Shown: positions 19,934 to 30,576 of the stretch, piece after piece
Numbering within the stretch: position 1 is the first letter of the stretch
How the letters are laid out: each line of letters starts with the position of its first letter
Source of the DNA: a bacterium
GTDB taxonomy: Bacteria; UBA6262; WVXT01
Reading direction: 5' to 3'
DNA: 64,000 nucleotides
Assembly: GCA_046759165.1 (NCBI GenBank)
Contig: JBHIBS010000001.1
Coordinates: forward strand, 22,304-86,303
Position numbers and translations under genes: made by a program
Notes under the pieces: model-generated
Told to the model about the DNA's origin: nothing
Databases searched by the model: none
The model's input: only the letters and a program-made list of their open reading frames with translations

Positions 19934-20688
19934 GAAAAATTTAGTTGAATTATTGCCATAAGGCGTCCGGCGGAGTCTTTATCTCGGCGATAAGAAAAGA
20001 AATTCTTATCTTCATAAGTACAAATGGGAGTTATTTCTATATTTTCCGGGAGAACCCCCGCTCGCTGCAACTGGTAAGAATTTGCCTTAGCCAAATCGAT
20101 GGACCAAGATTTTTCGTAGGAGGCTTGAGCCTTTGCTTGAAGGGATTCGGAAATTACCGAGGCTAAAACTTGTATTCCAAAGGACTCAAAGCACTCGGTG
20201 AAAGCTTTTGCTACTGGGTACCAAGAGACTCTATAACATTCTTTGCAAATATGCGGTCCAATGGCTACAAGAAGATTTTCTGCTTTTACTCCGAAAACCT
20301 CCGACATCATCTCCACTGCTTTGGCGGAAATATTGGCAACTGTGCTTCGCCAACCCCCGTGCAGGAGACCCACTATTTTCCTTTGCGGGTCGAAAAGGAA
20401 TATGGGTGGGCAATCTGCAACAAATATGGCAAGAGGAACATTGGGTAGGTCAGTAATAAGTCCGTCTGTAATTGGAATTTCTCTGCCCAAATCTTTCTCT
20501 CTAACTATAGCGATGCTATTCTTGTGTACTTGATCTCCAGTAGTGATTCGAGAATACGGTATGTTCAATCGGTAGGCTATCTGTCTTCTCTTTTCCGGGA
20601 ATTTTGAATTGCCTGCATTGCGAGTTGTAATGCCAGCCAAAACGGGAAACCTGGAATTAAAGGAGATGGGAAGAAAGAAGTCTTCCAT
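19930..20688 (-). CDS. pgeF: PgeF/YfiH family (purine nucleoside phosphorylase-like, peptidoglycan editing factor)
   Basis: QVH, DGLIT, ADC.PIFL, HGGWRS, IGP.I...CY.V, CT....FFSYRR. Confidence 0.92.
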   Translation of the reverse strand: MEDFFLPISFNSRFPVLAGITTRNAGNSKFPEKRRQIAYRLNIPYSRITTGDQVHKNSIAIVREKDLGREIPITDGLITDLPNVPLAIFVADCPPIFLFDPQRKIVGLLHGGWRSTVANISAKAVEMMSEVFGVKAENLLVAIGPHICKECYRVSWYPVAKAFTECFESFGIQVLASVISESLQAKAQASYEKSWSIDLAKANSYQLQRAGVLPENIEITPICTYEDKNFFSYRRDKDSAGRLMAIIQLNFS

Positions 20689-20711
20689 TTAGCCATTAAA
20701 ATATGCACCCT

Positions 20712-20735
20712 GCACGATTTGAAATTGTACCTACA
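20712..20735 (-). repeat. GTAG-type REP hairpin
   Basis: TGTAG-GTACAATTTCAAATCGTGC. Confidence 0.55.
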
Positions 20736-20738
20736 AAT

Positions 20739-20804
20739 GTCACTGCCAGCGACCGAAAAGAGCGTGGTTCTGACTAGTCGAGACCTCACTTCGTTCGCAA
20801 TGAC
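20739..20804. repeat. GTCAtTGCGAG...CGCAATGAC palindromic element
   Basis: Ends gtcactgccagcg / ttcgcaatgac; related to 44630-44761, 49591 and 59299-59371. Confidence 0.6.
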
Positions 20805-20813
20805 AGTGCATAA

Positions 20814-21896
20814 TCAACCTTTCGCACCACTTCCCGAATCTATCCCACGAATATATAATAGAAGCTCTTCGGGATTACTGGCAGAAGCTAAGGCATCTTC
20901 CAGCTTAACCAGTCCCTTACTATACAATTTCTGTAATGCCTGATTGAAAGTTTGCATTCCGTAATAATCGCCCTTTTCCATACTGCCAAGAATTTCTCCC
21001 ATCTTATTTTCTTCTATCAATTTCTTGACCAGCGCAGTAACAACCAGAACTTCCACTGCGGGTACTCTGCCCTTCCCATCAGCTTTGGGCAGAAGCCTCT
21101 GGGAAATCACTGCCTTCAAGGTATCAGCCAATTGCAGGCGAACTTGATTCTGTTGGTAAGGGGGAAAGAGGTCTACAATACGGGTTACGGTTTGAATTGC
21201 GTCGATCGTATGGACCGTGGATAATACAAGACTTCCCAGCTGGGCTGCAGTCAATGCTGCAGCCATTGTGGCTAAATCTCTCATTTCACCTACTAGGATT
21301 ACATTGGGATCCTGGCGGACAATATGTTTTAAGGCTGCAGGATAATCGAGTGTATCTTCACCTAACTCCCTTTGACTTACAATGCTCTTCTTATCTCGAT
21401 GAAGAAATTCAATAGGATCTTCGATTGTTATAGTATGAACCGAACGGGTGGAATTAATGTAGTCGACAATTGCAGCCAGCGTTGTAGATTTGCCACAGCC
21501 GGTCGGCCCTGTGACCAATACAAGTCCCCGCTCATTCTCTGAAATCTTCTTTAATACAGGGGGCAAATTTAACTCTTCAAAATCAGGGACTTCAAAAGGT
21601 ACAGGGCGAAATACGACGTGGATAGTTCCTCTCTGGAGGAAAACATTGATCCTAAAACGGGCCAATCCCTCTATTGCATAAGACAGGTCGCACTCGTGAT
21701 TTTCCTTGAAAATCTGTTTCTGCTTCTCATTTAAAACGGATAGGCCAATCCGCTCAGTATCCCGGGAACTAAGCACAGGATATGAACTCCGCACGAGTCG
21801 TCCATCAATTCGAAAAATCGGCGGACTTCCGGCACGGAGATGCAAGTCCGAAACCTTCTTATCAACCATTTCGCGTAAAAGGTCAACAATTTCCAT
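20814..21896 (-). CDS. pilT: Type IV pilus retraction ATPase PilT/PilU family
   Basis: SDLHL, GPTGCGKST, TIEDPIE, RQDPNVILVGEMRD, STVHT, GMQTFNQ. Confidence 0.88.
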   Translation of the reverse strand: MEIVDLLREMVDKKVSDLHLRAGSPPIFRIDGRLVRSSYPVLSSRDTERIGLSVLNEKQKQIFKENHECDLSYAIEGLARFRINVFLQRGTIHVVFRPVPFEVPDFEELNLPPVLKKISENERGLVLVTGPTGCGKSTTLAAIVDYINSTRSVHTITIEDPIEFLHRDKKSIVSQRELGEDTLDYPAALKHIVRQDPNVILVGEMRDLATMAAALTAAQLGSLVLSTVHTIDAIQTVTRIVDLFPPYQQNQVRLQLADTLKAVISQRLLPKADGKGRVPAVEVLVVTALVKKLIEENKMGEILGSMEKGDYYGMQTFNQALQKLYSKGLVKLEDALASASNPEELLLYIRGIDSGSGAKG

Positions 21897-21920
21897 CTCA
21901 GCTCCCAAAAATCATCAGAG

Positions 21921-23024
21921 TTACCGGTACCCCTTCCTTCTCCGAATAAAAGTGGGCACTCGCAGGTTCTCCTTCAGATAGCCCGGCTCTCTCAGTGACT
22001 CCTTCTTGTATTCCCATAAATCCCCTGCCAACTCTTCTTGTCTGAGTTTCTCTCCGAGAGAAGTTCGAGGTGGAGGAAAACCAGTAGCAATTACAGTAAT
22101 TTTCACCTCATCTTTGAGGATCTCATCGAATGCTTGGCCAAAAAAGACATTTGCTGCAGAGGAAGAAGCATTGTGAATTAAGTCCATTGCCTCCTTAATT
22201 TCAAACATCGTAATATCTCTATTTCCGGTGATATTGACCAAAATACCTTTGGCGCCTGCAATAGAAACATCTTCTAACAAAGGGCAATTTATAGCTGCCT
22301 TAGCCGCCTTAATTGCTCTATCTTTCCCGCGTCCCCGTCCCATTCCCATTAACGCCTCTCCGGCACCAACCATAATCGTTTTCACATCAGCAAAATCAAC
22401 ATTAATCATTCCATGTGATGTAATAATCTCTGAGATACTCTGTACTGCCTGACGCAGAACATCGTCAGCCACTTTAAAGGCATCCAGAGCCGGGGTAGTT
22501 TCATCAATAATGGCAAACAGTCTCTGGTTCGGGATAACGATCAAAGTATCGACCTTTTTCTTCATTATTTTCAATCCTTCCTCAGCCTGCTTAAAGCGAA
22601 TGGGCCCTTCAAACATAAATGGCTTAGTAACCACTCCTACGGTCAGAGCCCCCAAATCTTTAGCTATCTCTGCGACAACTGGCGCGCCTCCTGTGCCGGT
22701 CCCCCCTCCCATACCCACGGTGATAAATACCATATCAGCACCTGCAAGGGTTTCCCTAATTGCATCCCGGTCTTCCTCGGCAGCCTGGCGACCTTTCTCA
22801 GGATCCCCTCCCACTCCCAAACCCTTGGTAAGATTGGCTCCCAATTGTAAGCGATATCCAGCCAGAGAATCACGAAGAGCTTGGGCATCGGTGTTTGCTG
22901 CAATAAACTCCACACCTTTTATCCCGGAGACAACCATGCGCTTGATTGCATTGCCTCCTCCGCCACCAATGCCTATAACTTTTATATTTGCAGTAAGGTC
23001 GACGTCCTGCTTGAACTTTAACAT
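21921..23024 (-). CDS. ftsZ: Cell division protein FtsZ
   Basis: [34 protein letters not shown]-terminal VPTFIRR. Confidence 0.99.
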   Translation of the reverse strand: MLKFKQDVDLTANIKVIGIGGGGGNAIKRMVVSGIKGVEFIAANTDAQALRDSLAGYRLQLGANLTKGLGVGGDPEKGRQAAEEDRDAIRETLAGADMVFITVGMGGGTGTGGAPVVAEIAKDLGALTVGVVTKPFMFEGPIRFKQAEEGLKIMKKKVDTLIVIPNQRLFAIIDETTPALDAFKVADDVLRQAVQSISEIITSHGMINVDFADVKTIMVGAGEALMGMGRGRGKDRAIKAAKAAINCPLLEDVSIAGAKGILVNITGNRDITMFEIKEAMDLIHNASSSAANVFFGQAFDEILKDEVKITVIATGFPPPRTSLGEKLRQEELAGDLWEYKKESLREPGYLKENLRVPTFIRRRKGYR

Positions 23025-23102
23025 CCCACCTCCAATAAATCAGGGATAATCACGGATTAGAAGCCGCTAATTCAAACGAACATTCGTGCCCATTCGACTT
23101 TC

Positions 23103-24332
23103 TTAAAAGACCTCTTCGAGCCAGTGTTTTATCTTGCGGAAGACAGAGGGTCTCTTTCTTCCTGTGAATCTCCTCTCATAAATAGGAAATTCATCTTTTT
23201 GGGCATATTTAATCAAGCCAATGGCTGTAGCATAGACTGGACTACAGATAACCTCTGAAAGTCCCTCCACCTTCTGGGGCACACCCAATCTCATAGGCAG
23301 GTCCAAAATCTCTTCAGTAATCTCTTTAACCCCTGATAGCAAAGCGCCGCCTCCTGTTAGAATCCCTCCAGCAGGTATTAAATTCTCCCTGCCTATTTTT
23401 GCCATCTCTTCGCGGACAAAAGTAAAGATTTCCTCTATCCGCGGCTGGATAATCTCGCAGAGTTTACTGGTCAGGATTGTCTGTCGGGATTTACCATCCA
23501 TACTCAAGATATTTATTTCCACATTATCGGAAATCATCTTCATTTGGGTACAGCCAAATTCCTTCTTAATCCTTTCTGCTTCTGAGAGAGGGACATGAAG
23601 ACAGTGAGCTATATCTTTTGTAATCACGTCACTTCCAATTGGAAGTGCTCTGGTGGCTTTGAGACCTCCTTCAACGAAGATGGCTAAATCCACAGTCTGT
23701 CCACCGAAATCGATAAGCACACATCCCAAATCTTTCTCCTCAGGGGTAACTACAGTTTCTGCTGCAGCTAATACGCTCAAGACTATGTTCTCTACTTCCA
23801 AGCCATTTCTATTAATACATTTGATAAGGTTGTTTATTGTGGTGGAGACTCCTGTTACAATGTGGACATGGACTCCCAGGTGACTGCCTTCCATTCCTAC
23901 GGGATCCATTACTCCCCTCTGACCATCAACCACGAAGCCCTGAGCGAGGGTATGGATGATTTCCCGCTCGGGAGATAACCGAATGGCCCGGGCTGAATCG
24001 ATGACTCTTAATATATCCTCTTCAGCGATCTCTTTATCAGAACGAGAAATCATAATTGCTCCCTGATGATTGAAACTTTCGATATGACCACCGTCAATTC
24101 CTACGTAAACCGCTTTAATGGAAGTATTTGCCATTCCTTCTGCTTCATCTATAACTTGACCTATGGCGCGGGTGGTCTCCTCAATGTTAACCACTACACC
24201 GTTCCGTAAACCACGACAGGGTATCCTAGCTGATCCTATTATTTCCACTTCTGGTTTCTGGGTAACTTTACCTACAAGAGCACAAACATTGCTTGAGCCT
24301 ACATCAAGACCAATAATTATTTTCTGTTTCAT
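23103..24332 (-). CDS. ftsA: Cell division protein FtsA
   Basis: GLDVGSS, G...GVVVNI, LIDFGG.T, LTGGGALL, YATAIGL, C-terminal amphipathic WLEEVF. Confidence 0.97.
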   Translation of the reverse strand: MKQKIIIGLDVGSSNVCALVGKVTQKPEVEIIGSARIPCRGLRNGVVVNIEETTRAIGQVIDEAEGMANTSIKAVYVGIDGGHIESFNHQGAIMISRSDKEIAEEDILRVIDSARAIRLSPEREIIHTLAQGFVVDGQRGVMDPVGMEGSHLGVHVHIVTGVSTTINNLIKCINRNGLEVENIVLSVLAAAETVVTPEEKDLGCVLIDFGGQTVDLAIFVEGGLKATRALPIGSDVITKDIAHCLHVPLSEAERIKKEFGCTQMKMISDNVEINILSMDGKSRQTILTSKLCEIIQPRIEEIFTFVREEMAKIGRENLIPAGGILTGGGALLSGVKEITEEILDLPMRLGVPQKVEGLSEVICSPVYATAIGLIKYAQKDEFPIYERRFTGRKRPSVFRKIKHWLEEVF

Positions 24333-24406
24333 TGTTTCAATGACCTTTTATTTTGCATCAATAGGTTTCTTTACAACCTCTCAAAGTCCGCGCTACAAAA
24401 TACGTC

Positions 24407-25168
24407 TTAACCTACAATTATTTCTCCTTTCCCATCTCTTAGAAGTCGCAAGTCGATATAGTTAAAAGTTTTACTATTCTTTAGCAAATCCTTGAGGACT
24501 AAATTTAAATAAGTCAACTTCTTCTCCACTTCGGTTTCTGTCTCTTTTCCCACAGGACCCCAGATAAGTGAGGCATGGTCAATTTTCAGTTTAATTTTTC
24601 TTGGATTGTTACCATCTATGTATGAAATTTTCTTATAAAACCGAAAGTCAACTACCATAACCTTAGCTAAGAAATTCACGACCTCTTTCCTGACGAGGGA
24701 ATCTTTAGCTCCCAAAATTTTCGGTATCTTTCTTGCCTTCCCAAAAAACGTTATTCCCGTTTTGTCTATTAGCTTCACCTTATTAGAATGGACATTCTCT
24801 TCCCCCCCAAGCTGCGCAATGGGAACCCTCTCAGTAATTTTTAGGACTATCTTGTCAGGAAAATCGCGATGAATATCTATGTCCTTAATCTGCTCTAAAC
24901 TTCTTAACTCTTTTCTTGCCTGTCTTAATTTAACTTTGAATATATTCTCTCCTTTCTTTATGTCGAGTACCGAGAGAATATCTTTTCTATTAATATCGTG
25001 ATTCCCTTCTATTCTTACCTCTTCTATTTTAAAATATGCAGAATGAATGAGGAAGTTGTAAATTTCATATCCTGAAAAAAGAAGCGTAACCAATAACAGA
25101 GTGAATTTCAAAACTCCAAAAAATCGTCTTCTCCATAAAATTCTTTTCCGCCACCTTCTGACTCTCAA
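24407..25168 (-). CDS. ftsQ: Cell division protein FtsQ/DivIB
   Basis: Basic N-terminus + TM + POTRA (IEGN...FPDK.V..ITER) + YIDLR; between ddl and ftsA. Confidence 0.9.
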   Translation of the reverse strand: MRVRRWRKRILWRRRFFGVLKFTLLLVTLLFSGYEIYNFLIHSAYFKIEEVRIEGNHDINRKDILSVLDIKKGENIFKVKLRQARKELRSLEQIKDIDIHRDFPDKIVLKITERVPIAQLGGEENVHSNKVKLIDKTGITFFGKARKIPKILGAKDSLVRKEVVNFLAKVMVVDFRFYKKISYIDGNNPRKIKLKIDHASLIWGPVGKETETEVEKKLTYLNLVLKDLLKNSKTFNYIDLRLLRDGKGEIIVG

Positions 25169-25181
25169 TGCTCATCAACCC

Positions 25182-26120
25182 TCAATCTAAGGCATAGGAT
25201 AGAATTTCAACCACCAGTTGCTTAAAATCTATCCCTGCTACAGCTGCAGCTTCTGGCAGGAGACTAGTCTCAGTCATCCCGGGAATTGTGTTAACTTCTA
25301 AGAGATAAATTTTGCCTTCTCCATCCATTACCATATCTACACGAGTTGCGCCTCTACAACCCAAGGCAGAGTGAGCAGAAAGAGCCAGAGATTGGGCCAA
25401 CTCGTACTGCTCCCGTTGTAATTTAGCGGGCACAATGTGCTTCGACATTCCCGGTTCATACTTTGCCTGATAGTCATAAAATGCCGTCTTTGATACAATC
25501 TCTATTACGGGAAGAGGTTCATCTCCCAGAATTCCTACTGTAATTTCTCTTCCTTCAATGTATTCTTCAATTAATATCTTATTTCCATATCCAAAGGCAA
25601 GATTTATGGCACTATCCAGACCACTTCGCTCTCGAACTACAGTCACTCCAATAGTTGAACCTTCCCTGGCTGGCTTGACAACTACGGGGTAGTCCAGCTC
25701 TTTCAGTATATTACCAGCAGTTTTCATTCTTTTCTCAAGGACCTTGTATTTTGCCATGGGCAGGTTATGATAACTGAAGACCTCTTTGGTATAAACTTTA
25801 TCCAAGGCCAGCGCACTGGCCAATACCCCAGAGCCTGTATAAGGAATACCCATTATCTCGAGAAGCCCTTGAATTGTTCCGTCTTCCCCGAGCTTCCCGT
25901 GGAGAGCAATGAAAGCCAAGTCTATCCTCTCTTTTGCCAGCCTTAAGGCTATCTCTCTATCCACATCGAGCTTCGATACATTTAACCCAAGGAAGACTAA
26001 CGCTTTGTAAACAGCATCTCCTGTCCTAAGAGACACTTCCCTTTCTTGAGAACTTCCTCCACAAAGTACTCCTATCTTCTTCACCCTTAACTTACCGAGT
26101 ATCTCTTTCATCCATTTCAC
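25182..26120 (-). CDS. ddl: D-alanine--D-alanine ligase
   Basis: GG.S.EREVS, LHG..GEDG.IQG, FYDY.AKY, EVNTIPG. Confidence 0.97.
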   Translation of the reverse strand: MKWMKEILGKLRVKKIGVLCGGSSQEREVSLRTGDAVYKALVFLGLNVSKLDVDREIALRLAKERIDLAFIALHGKLGEDGTIQGLLEIMGIPYTGSGVLASALALDKVYTKEVFSYHNLPMAKYKVLEKRMKTAGNILKELDYPVVVKPAREGSTIGVTVVRERSGLDSAINLAFGYGNKILIEEYIEGREITVGILGDEPLPVIEIVSKTAFYDYQAKYEPGMSKHIVPAKLQREQYELAQSLALSAHSALGCRGATRVDMVMDGEGKIYLLEVNTIPGMTETSLLPEAAAVAGIDFKQLVVEILSYALD

Positions 26121-27018
26121 CCACCACTCTCAATTCCAATTCAAGATCTATATCGAATTTTTCCTTAATAGTTTCCCGAATTTTTTCGATTAAATTGTAC
26201 GCATCTTTAGCTTTTGCCCTGCCGCAGTTAATGATGAAATTTGCATGTTTTTTTGATACTTCAGCATCTCCAAATCTGGCTCCCTTTAGCCCTGCGGTTT
26301 CAATTAATTTTCCCGCCTCGCAATTTTCCGGATTCCTGAAAACGCAACCAGCATTAAGGGCAGAAATAGGTTGATTCCTTTTTCTCTCCTTAAGACTTTC
26401 TTTGATTTTATTTATAATATCACTTTTCTTGCCGTTTTTCAACCCTAGTTTCACCTCCAAAATTATGGCTTTATGGGGTAACTCACAATGCCTGTAAGAG
26501 AAACTTGTTTCTTCTCTCTTTAAAGTTTTCACCTTTCCATCACTGAAAATTTTTATCTCTCTCATAACATCGCCAACGGAACCCATTCTGGTGCCTGCAT
26601 TACTAACAATTGCGCCACCGAGACTTCCTGGAATTCCTGAGGCGAATTCTAAACCAGCCAAGCCTCTCTTAGCCAATTTTTCAACTAGTTTATTCAATTT
26701 CACTCCGGCGCCGGCTGTTACCTCTTGACCTTTTATGAAAAACTTCTCAAACTCGCCTTTCAATTGAATTACCAAACCACCGAATCCCTCATCTGAAAAG
26801 AGCACATTGGTGCCCTCTCCTAAAATAAAGAAATCCAAGTTCTCTTTCCGGGAAAATTCAATTATATTAGTAAGCTCTTCAATGTTTCTCAATTCCAGAA
26901 AATAGCCCGCAGGACCGCCTATGCTGAGAGAAGTATGCCTGGAAAGGGGTTCGTCAACTCTCACTTTATTTACTACTCGTTTTTGCAATTCATTTAATAT
27001 ATCCATCGAACCCAACAC
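26092..27018 (-). CDS. murB: UDP-N-acetylenolpyruvoylglucosamine reductase
   Basis: IGGPA, G.GTN.L, GIPGS.GGA...NAG, F.YR, AGCVF.NP, KHANF. Confidence 0.96.
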   Translation of the reverse strand: MLGSMDILNELQKRVVNKVRVDEPLSRHTSLSIGGPAGYFLELRNIEELTNIIEFSRKENLDFFILGEGTNVLFSDEGFGGLVIQLKGEFEKFFIKGQEVTAGAGVKLNKLVEKLAKRGLAGLEFASGIPGSLGGAIVSNAGTRMGSVGDVMREIKIFSDGKVKTLKREETSFSYRHCELPHKAIILEVKLGLKNGKKSDIINKIKESLKERKRNQPISALNAGCVFRNPENCEAGKLIETAGLKGARFGDAEVSKKHANFIINCGRAKAKDAYNLIEKIRETIKEKFDIDLELELRVVGEMDERDTR

Positions 27019-29196
27019 CTAGGTCCTCTCACGATTTTCTTCCCAGATGGGTAGGAAGATAGTAAACTTGGTTCCTTTCTCTACTTCGCTCTCTACATTT
27101 ATTTCCCCATTGTGGTCTCTTATTATACGATAAGCCATTGACAATCCCACTCCTGTTCCTTTGGAGCCCTTGGTGGTAAAGAAGAGGTCGAACAGTTTAT
27201 CTAGGTTCTCTTTAGAAATTCCGCAACCATTATCTGCTATTGTTATCTCGACCTTTTCCGGATTATCTTTTCCAGCACTTGCTGAAATGGTGAGTTCTCC
27301 TTTCTTACCAGCCATCGCCTCGCAGGCATTTATAATCATATTCAAAAAGACCTGTTCCAGCTGGACACCAATCCCTTTTATCTTGGCCAAATCTTGGGGA
27401 ATATCTTTACTTACATTAATACCTCCCCGAGAAATTTGATACTGTGCTAAGCCCAGGGCATCTTCCATTACAGAATTCAAGTCTGTCGGCAGAAAGTCCC
27501 TATCAGAAGGTTTAGCATAGCCCCTTATCCTCTGGATGAGCTTAGCCGCCCTGTGAGCAGTCTCCACCATCTTCTCCTGTCTGTCCCTTATGGTTTGCAG
27601 GATTTCTTTCTCCCTTTCAGTCAGATTTGCTTGACTGAAATCTTCCTTTATGTCACGGATGCACAACTCAGCGCCCATACTGACAATGGCTAAAGGGTTA
27701 TCTATCTGATGGGCAAAGCCAGCAGCCAACTCCCCAACGGAAGAGAGCCTAGCCGCCTGAATCATTGTCGCTTGAGACTCTTTAAGTTCCTGATAGAATT
27801 GAGCATTCTCAATCGCTAAAGCAGCCTGCCCGGCTAAAATCTTAAACATGTCTAAATCGTCAGGCGTATAAATCTCTTTGGAGCGCTTTGTACCCAACAC
27901 TAAAAAGGCAGTCAGCTCTTCACCGATGAAAGCAGGCAATAATAGAGATGCCCCCATACTTCTCAATTGTGTTTCCACTTCTCCCAGGTGTTCTCGCTCG
28001 CTGGTCTGAAAATGGCTGATAACTTCCTCTTTCAAAATAGGTCCTCTATCTCTACTTCTGGATAGTATCTGAATTAAAGGAGCATCTTTAGATAGAGAAT
28101 CTCCGACCTGTTTTCTTCTCTCTTTGCCATAGCGAATCTCCCGCACATATTGATTGGTTCTCTTATCCCATAGATAAATGCGGGCATGACTGATTCCGAT
28201 TTCCTTCGTCACATCACGAATGATTAAAACCAAAAGGCTCCTTAGATCTTTGGTCAAAGTCATTTGCTTTGCCAAGTTTATTAAGTTTTGTTGGTATATC
28301 CTTTGCTTCTTTAAAAGGATTCTATTAGCTCTCTCCTGGAAGTAATGACTTATGGTAGGAGCAACAAAAGCGAGTAATTCACACCCAGCCACACCAGCTG
28401 GCACAAGCCACCAATAAGTACCAAAGTACCGATATAAAAAAGGCCGATGAAGAACAAGAAGTAACGGTGGAATTCCTAAAAAGATAGAGTAAACGGTTGT
28501 AAATATCGCCGTCTTAGTGACCGCCGCGGTAATATCCATCAGCCGCGTCGTAATGATTGCATAAGTTATTATAATAGGATATAAGAAAACTAAATAATGA
28601 CCAAATGGAAATATCGGGATATTATAAATCAATGGATAGTTGGTCGCTCCTCCACCGAATCCAATAATAGAAGCTAACAAGATATATCTTATCTGGTTAC
28701 GCTTGTACCCAGAGACCTCTTTATACTTTGTGAGCATAATATAAATAGAATAGACAACGCACGAAGAGAATGTTAAAAGGAAGAAGTGGTACACGACACC
28801 AGGTTGCGGATAATACCTAAAGGAAAGCTTAGGGACTATGTCTTTAATAAAGAAAGGAGTCAAATTAAAACTTAGAAGGACTAGACCGATTAAGTAAACG
28901 CATTTAATTAATCTTTTCCGTTTCTCTCGGAGATCCAAAAACGAATGAACAAAATCGAGAAAAAATACAGGAATCAAAGTAGCACCAGAATAAAGAACTC
29001 GTGTCCAAAATAGAGCTTTCCCCTTGTCAATCGAGAGCAACAACATAAAATAGGCAAATCCCCAAATAAATATGCTCATGCTTAACAAGCACCATATTTT
29101 GTTTGTAAATTGTTTTCTATTCTTAAAATATACGAATAATCCAAGAATTAAACCGATTATTGCGGTTATTAAACATGATAGTGCAAAGTACATCAA
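27019..29196 (-). CDS. Multi-TM (HisKA_7TM-like) + GAF sensor histidine kinase
   Basis: Several N-terminal TM helices; GAF (LG.KRS...Y...D...LA.QAA.AIENA); H-box AHQIDNPL; N, G1, F, G2 boxes (NACEAM, DNGCGI, FFTTK, GTGVGL). Confidence 0.93.
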   Translation of the reverse strand: MMYFALSCLITAIIGLILGLFVYFKNRKQFTNKIWCLLSMSIFIWGFAYFMLLLSIDKGKALFWTRVLYSGATLIPVFFLDFVHSFLDLREKRKRLIKCVYLIGLVLLSFNLTPFFIKDIVPKLSFRYYPQPGVVYHFFLLTFSSCVVYSIYIMLTKYKEVSGYKRNQIRYILLASIIGFGGGATNYPLIYNIPIFPFGHYLVFLYPIIITYAIITTRLMDITAAVTKTAIFTTVYSIFLGIPPLLLVLHRPFLYRYFGTYWWLVPAGVAGCELLAFVAPTISHYFQERANRILLKKQRIYQQNLINLAKQMTLTKDLRSLLVLIIRDVTKEIGISHARIYLWDKRTNQYVREIRYGKERRKQVGDSLSKDAPLIQILSRSRDRGPILKEEVISHFQTSEREHLGEVETQLRSMGASLLLPAFIGEELTAFLVLGTKRSKEIYTPDDLDMFKILAGQAALAIENAQFYQELKESQATMIQAARLSSVGELAAGFAHQIDNPLAIVSMGAELCIRDIKEDFSQANLTEREKEILQTIRDRQEKMVETAHRAAKLIQRIRGYAKPSDRDFLPTDLNSVMEDALGLAQYQISRGGINVSKDIPQDLAKIKGIGVQLEQVFLNMIINACEAMAGKKGELTISASAGKDNPEKVEITIADNGCGISKENLDKLFDLFFTTKGSKGTGVGLSMAYRIIRDHNGEINVESEVEKGTKFTIFLPIWEENRERT

Positions 29197-29198
29197 TT

Positions 29199-30341
29199 TT
29201 ATACCACCGATAATTTCACACTCAGATAATTTACGACGTGTTTTAGGGAGGGAGGACAGCCCTCTAAGTGCTCTACATTATTCTTTTTACACCATTCTTG
29301 TGCACAATCTCCTATGCCTATGCATTTACCCATTCGCGAGACGTCCAATCCATGGCAGTTTCCAAATACTACATCTGTTCTGAATAAATGTGACCTCGTA
29401 AAGAGGGAGAAACTGGGAATAAATTTTCTTTTTATTTCTTTGCCTGCTCTATCAAGGTTGATGATGCACCTCGAACATGCACTAGTCGGCCAAATGTATA
29501 GTTTTTTTCCCTTTAGAATAAACCTTGTAGCCGGGACGAATTTGACCATTCTGTCTTCATTCTCTCTGATTTTACTCTCCTGGACAAATTTTCCAGCCCC
29601 AATATTTTCTGCTATACAAATATGTTTTACACGTGAATAGTCTAGTCCTATCATCGCCGCCGCAAACGAATCAATCTCAACCATATCGTCACCACAGAAG
29701 ACCAGATTTGCTGTTCTATCCTTACCATGATGTGGTCCATTTTCTTCCATTCCTGTAATGCCTTCTATCATATTTAGGGTTGGCTTAATAATTTCTCCTA
29801 GATACGCAATATATCTATCCAAATCCAGCTTGTGCATCTGGAGCTTATTAACCGACGGTAACACCCCCATTTGGTTTTTCAGGGATAGTGTTACTCCTGT
29901 TTCCATATGCGTCTTAAGCTTCGCTAGGTTAATGTAGCTGTCGACTTCAGTCAAAATTTCAGGTATCATAAAGGTTATTTGCTTACATTTTACCTTCCTC
30001 CTTTTGGCCTTGTCTAAATTTAAAAGGGTTACTCCTCTAAGAGAGGCGAATTGTTGAAAATTAGAAAGTTTAAGGATTCGTTCGAAAGGATAAGGCTGTT
30101 CAGGAGTTCCTATGAGAGAAGTATGTCCAATTATAACTTTACAGTTTCTTCCTAACAAAAAGGCAAGCAGTTCTTTCATAAAATTCGCATCGGTATTTTC
30201 ACTTTTATAAATTGGGACTCTACCTCCCAAGTTTGGCTTGATAAAAATCTTGCCCCTAGGTTTGAACCCCATCTTATTGAAAAGGCTTTCAACATGACTT
30301 CTCAGATCTCCTCCGCCATACTTTTCTAAGAGGACAGCCAT
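29199..30341 (-). CDS. DUF362-family protein with Cys-rich C-terminal domain
   Basis: IKPN, NLAKLKTH...VTLSLKN.MG, GP..G; C-terminal CxxC, GDC, GCPP. Confidence 0.8.
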   Translation of the reverse strand: MAVLLEKYGGGDLRSHVESLFNKMGFKPRGKIFIKPNLGGRVPIYKSENTDANFMKELLAFLLGRNCKVIIGHTSLIGTPEQPYPFERILKLSNFQQFASLRGVTLLNLDKAKRRKVKCKQITFMIPEILTEVDSYINLAKLKTHMETGVTLSLKNQMGVLPSVNKLQMHKLDLDRYIAYLGEIIKPTLNMIEGITGMEENGPHHGKDRTANLVFCGDDMVEIDSFAAAMIGLDYSRVKHICIAENIGAGKFVQESKIRENEDRMVKFVPATRFILKGKKLYIWPTSACSRCIINLDRAGKEIKRKFIPSFSLFTRSHLFRTDVVFGNCHGLDVSRMGKCIGIGDCAQEWCKKNNVEHLEGCPPSLKHVVNYLSVKLSVV

Positions 30342-30576
30342 TTTTCGGAACCTTCTTTTTCCTCTCCCCTGTCTGGATAGTTAAGACAAGATTGTTTTAT
30401 TCATTAGAAATACTCTTCCGCGACTCTCTTGCTTAGCGGCCTTCTTAGCTTTTTTGGATTGACAATATTGAGTTTCCGCATACGCCCAAATATACTGGTT
30501 CTAATTTATAGGCGATAACATACCTTCGGGGTCATGTTTTTCAACCCGGTTTTAGCTTTTTCTACCCCAATTCTAA

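Noticed and set aside
30404-30481. 25-aa ORF MRKLNIVNPKKLRRPLSKRVAEEYF as a possible peptide signal for the kinase
   Set aside because: No RBS or leader/core pattern; cannot be told apart from a chance ORF or gene remnant.
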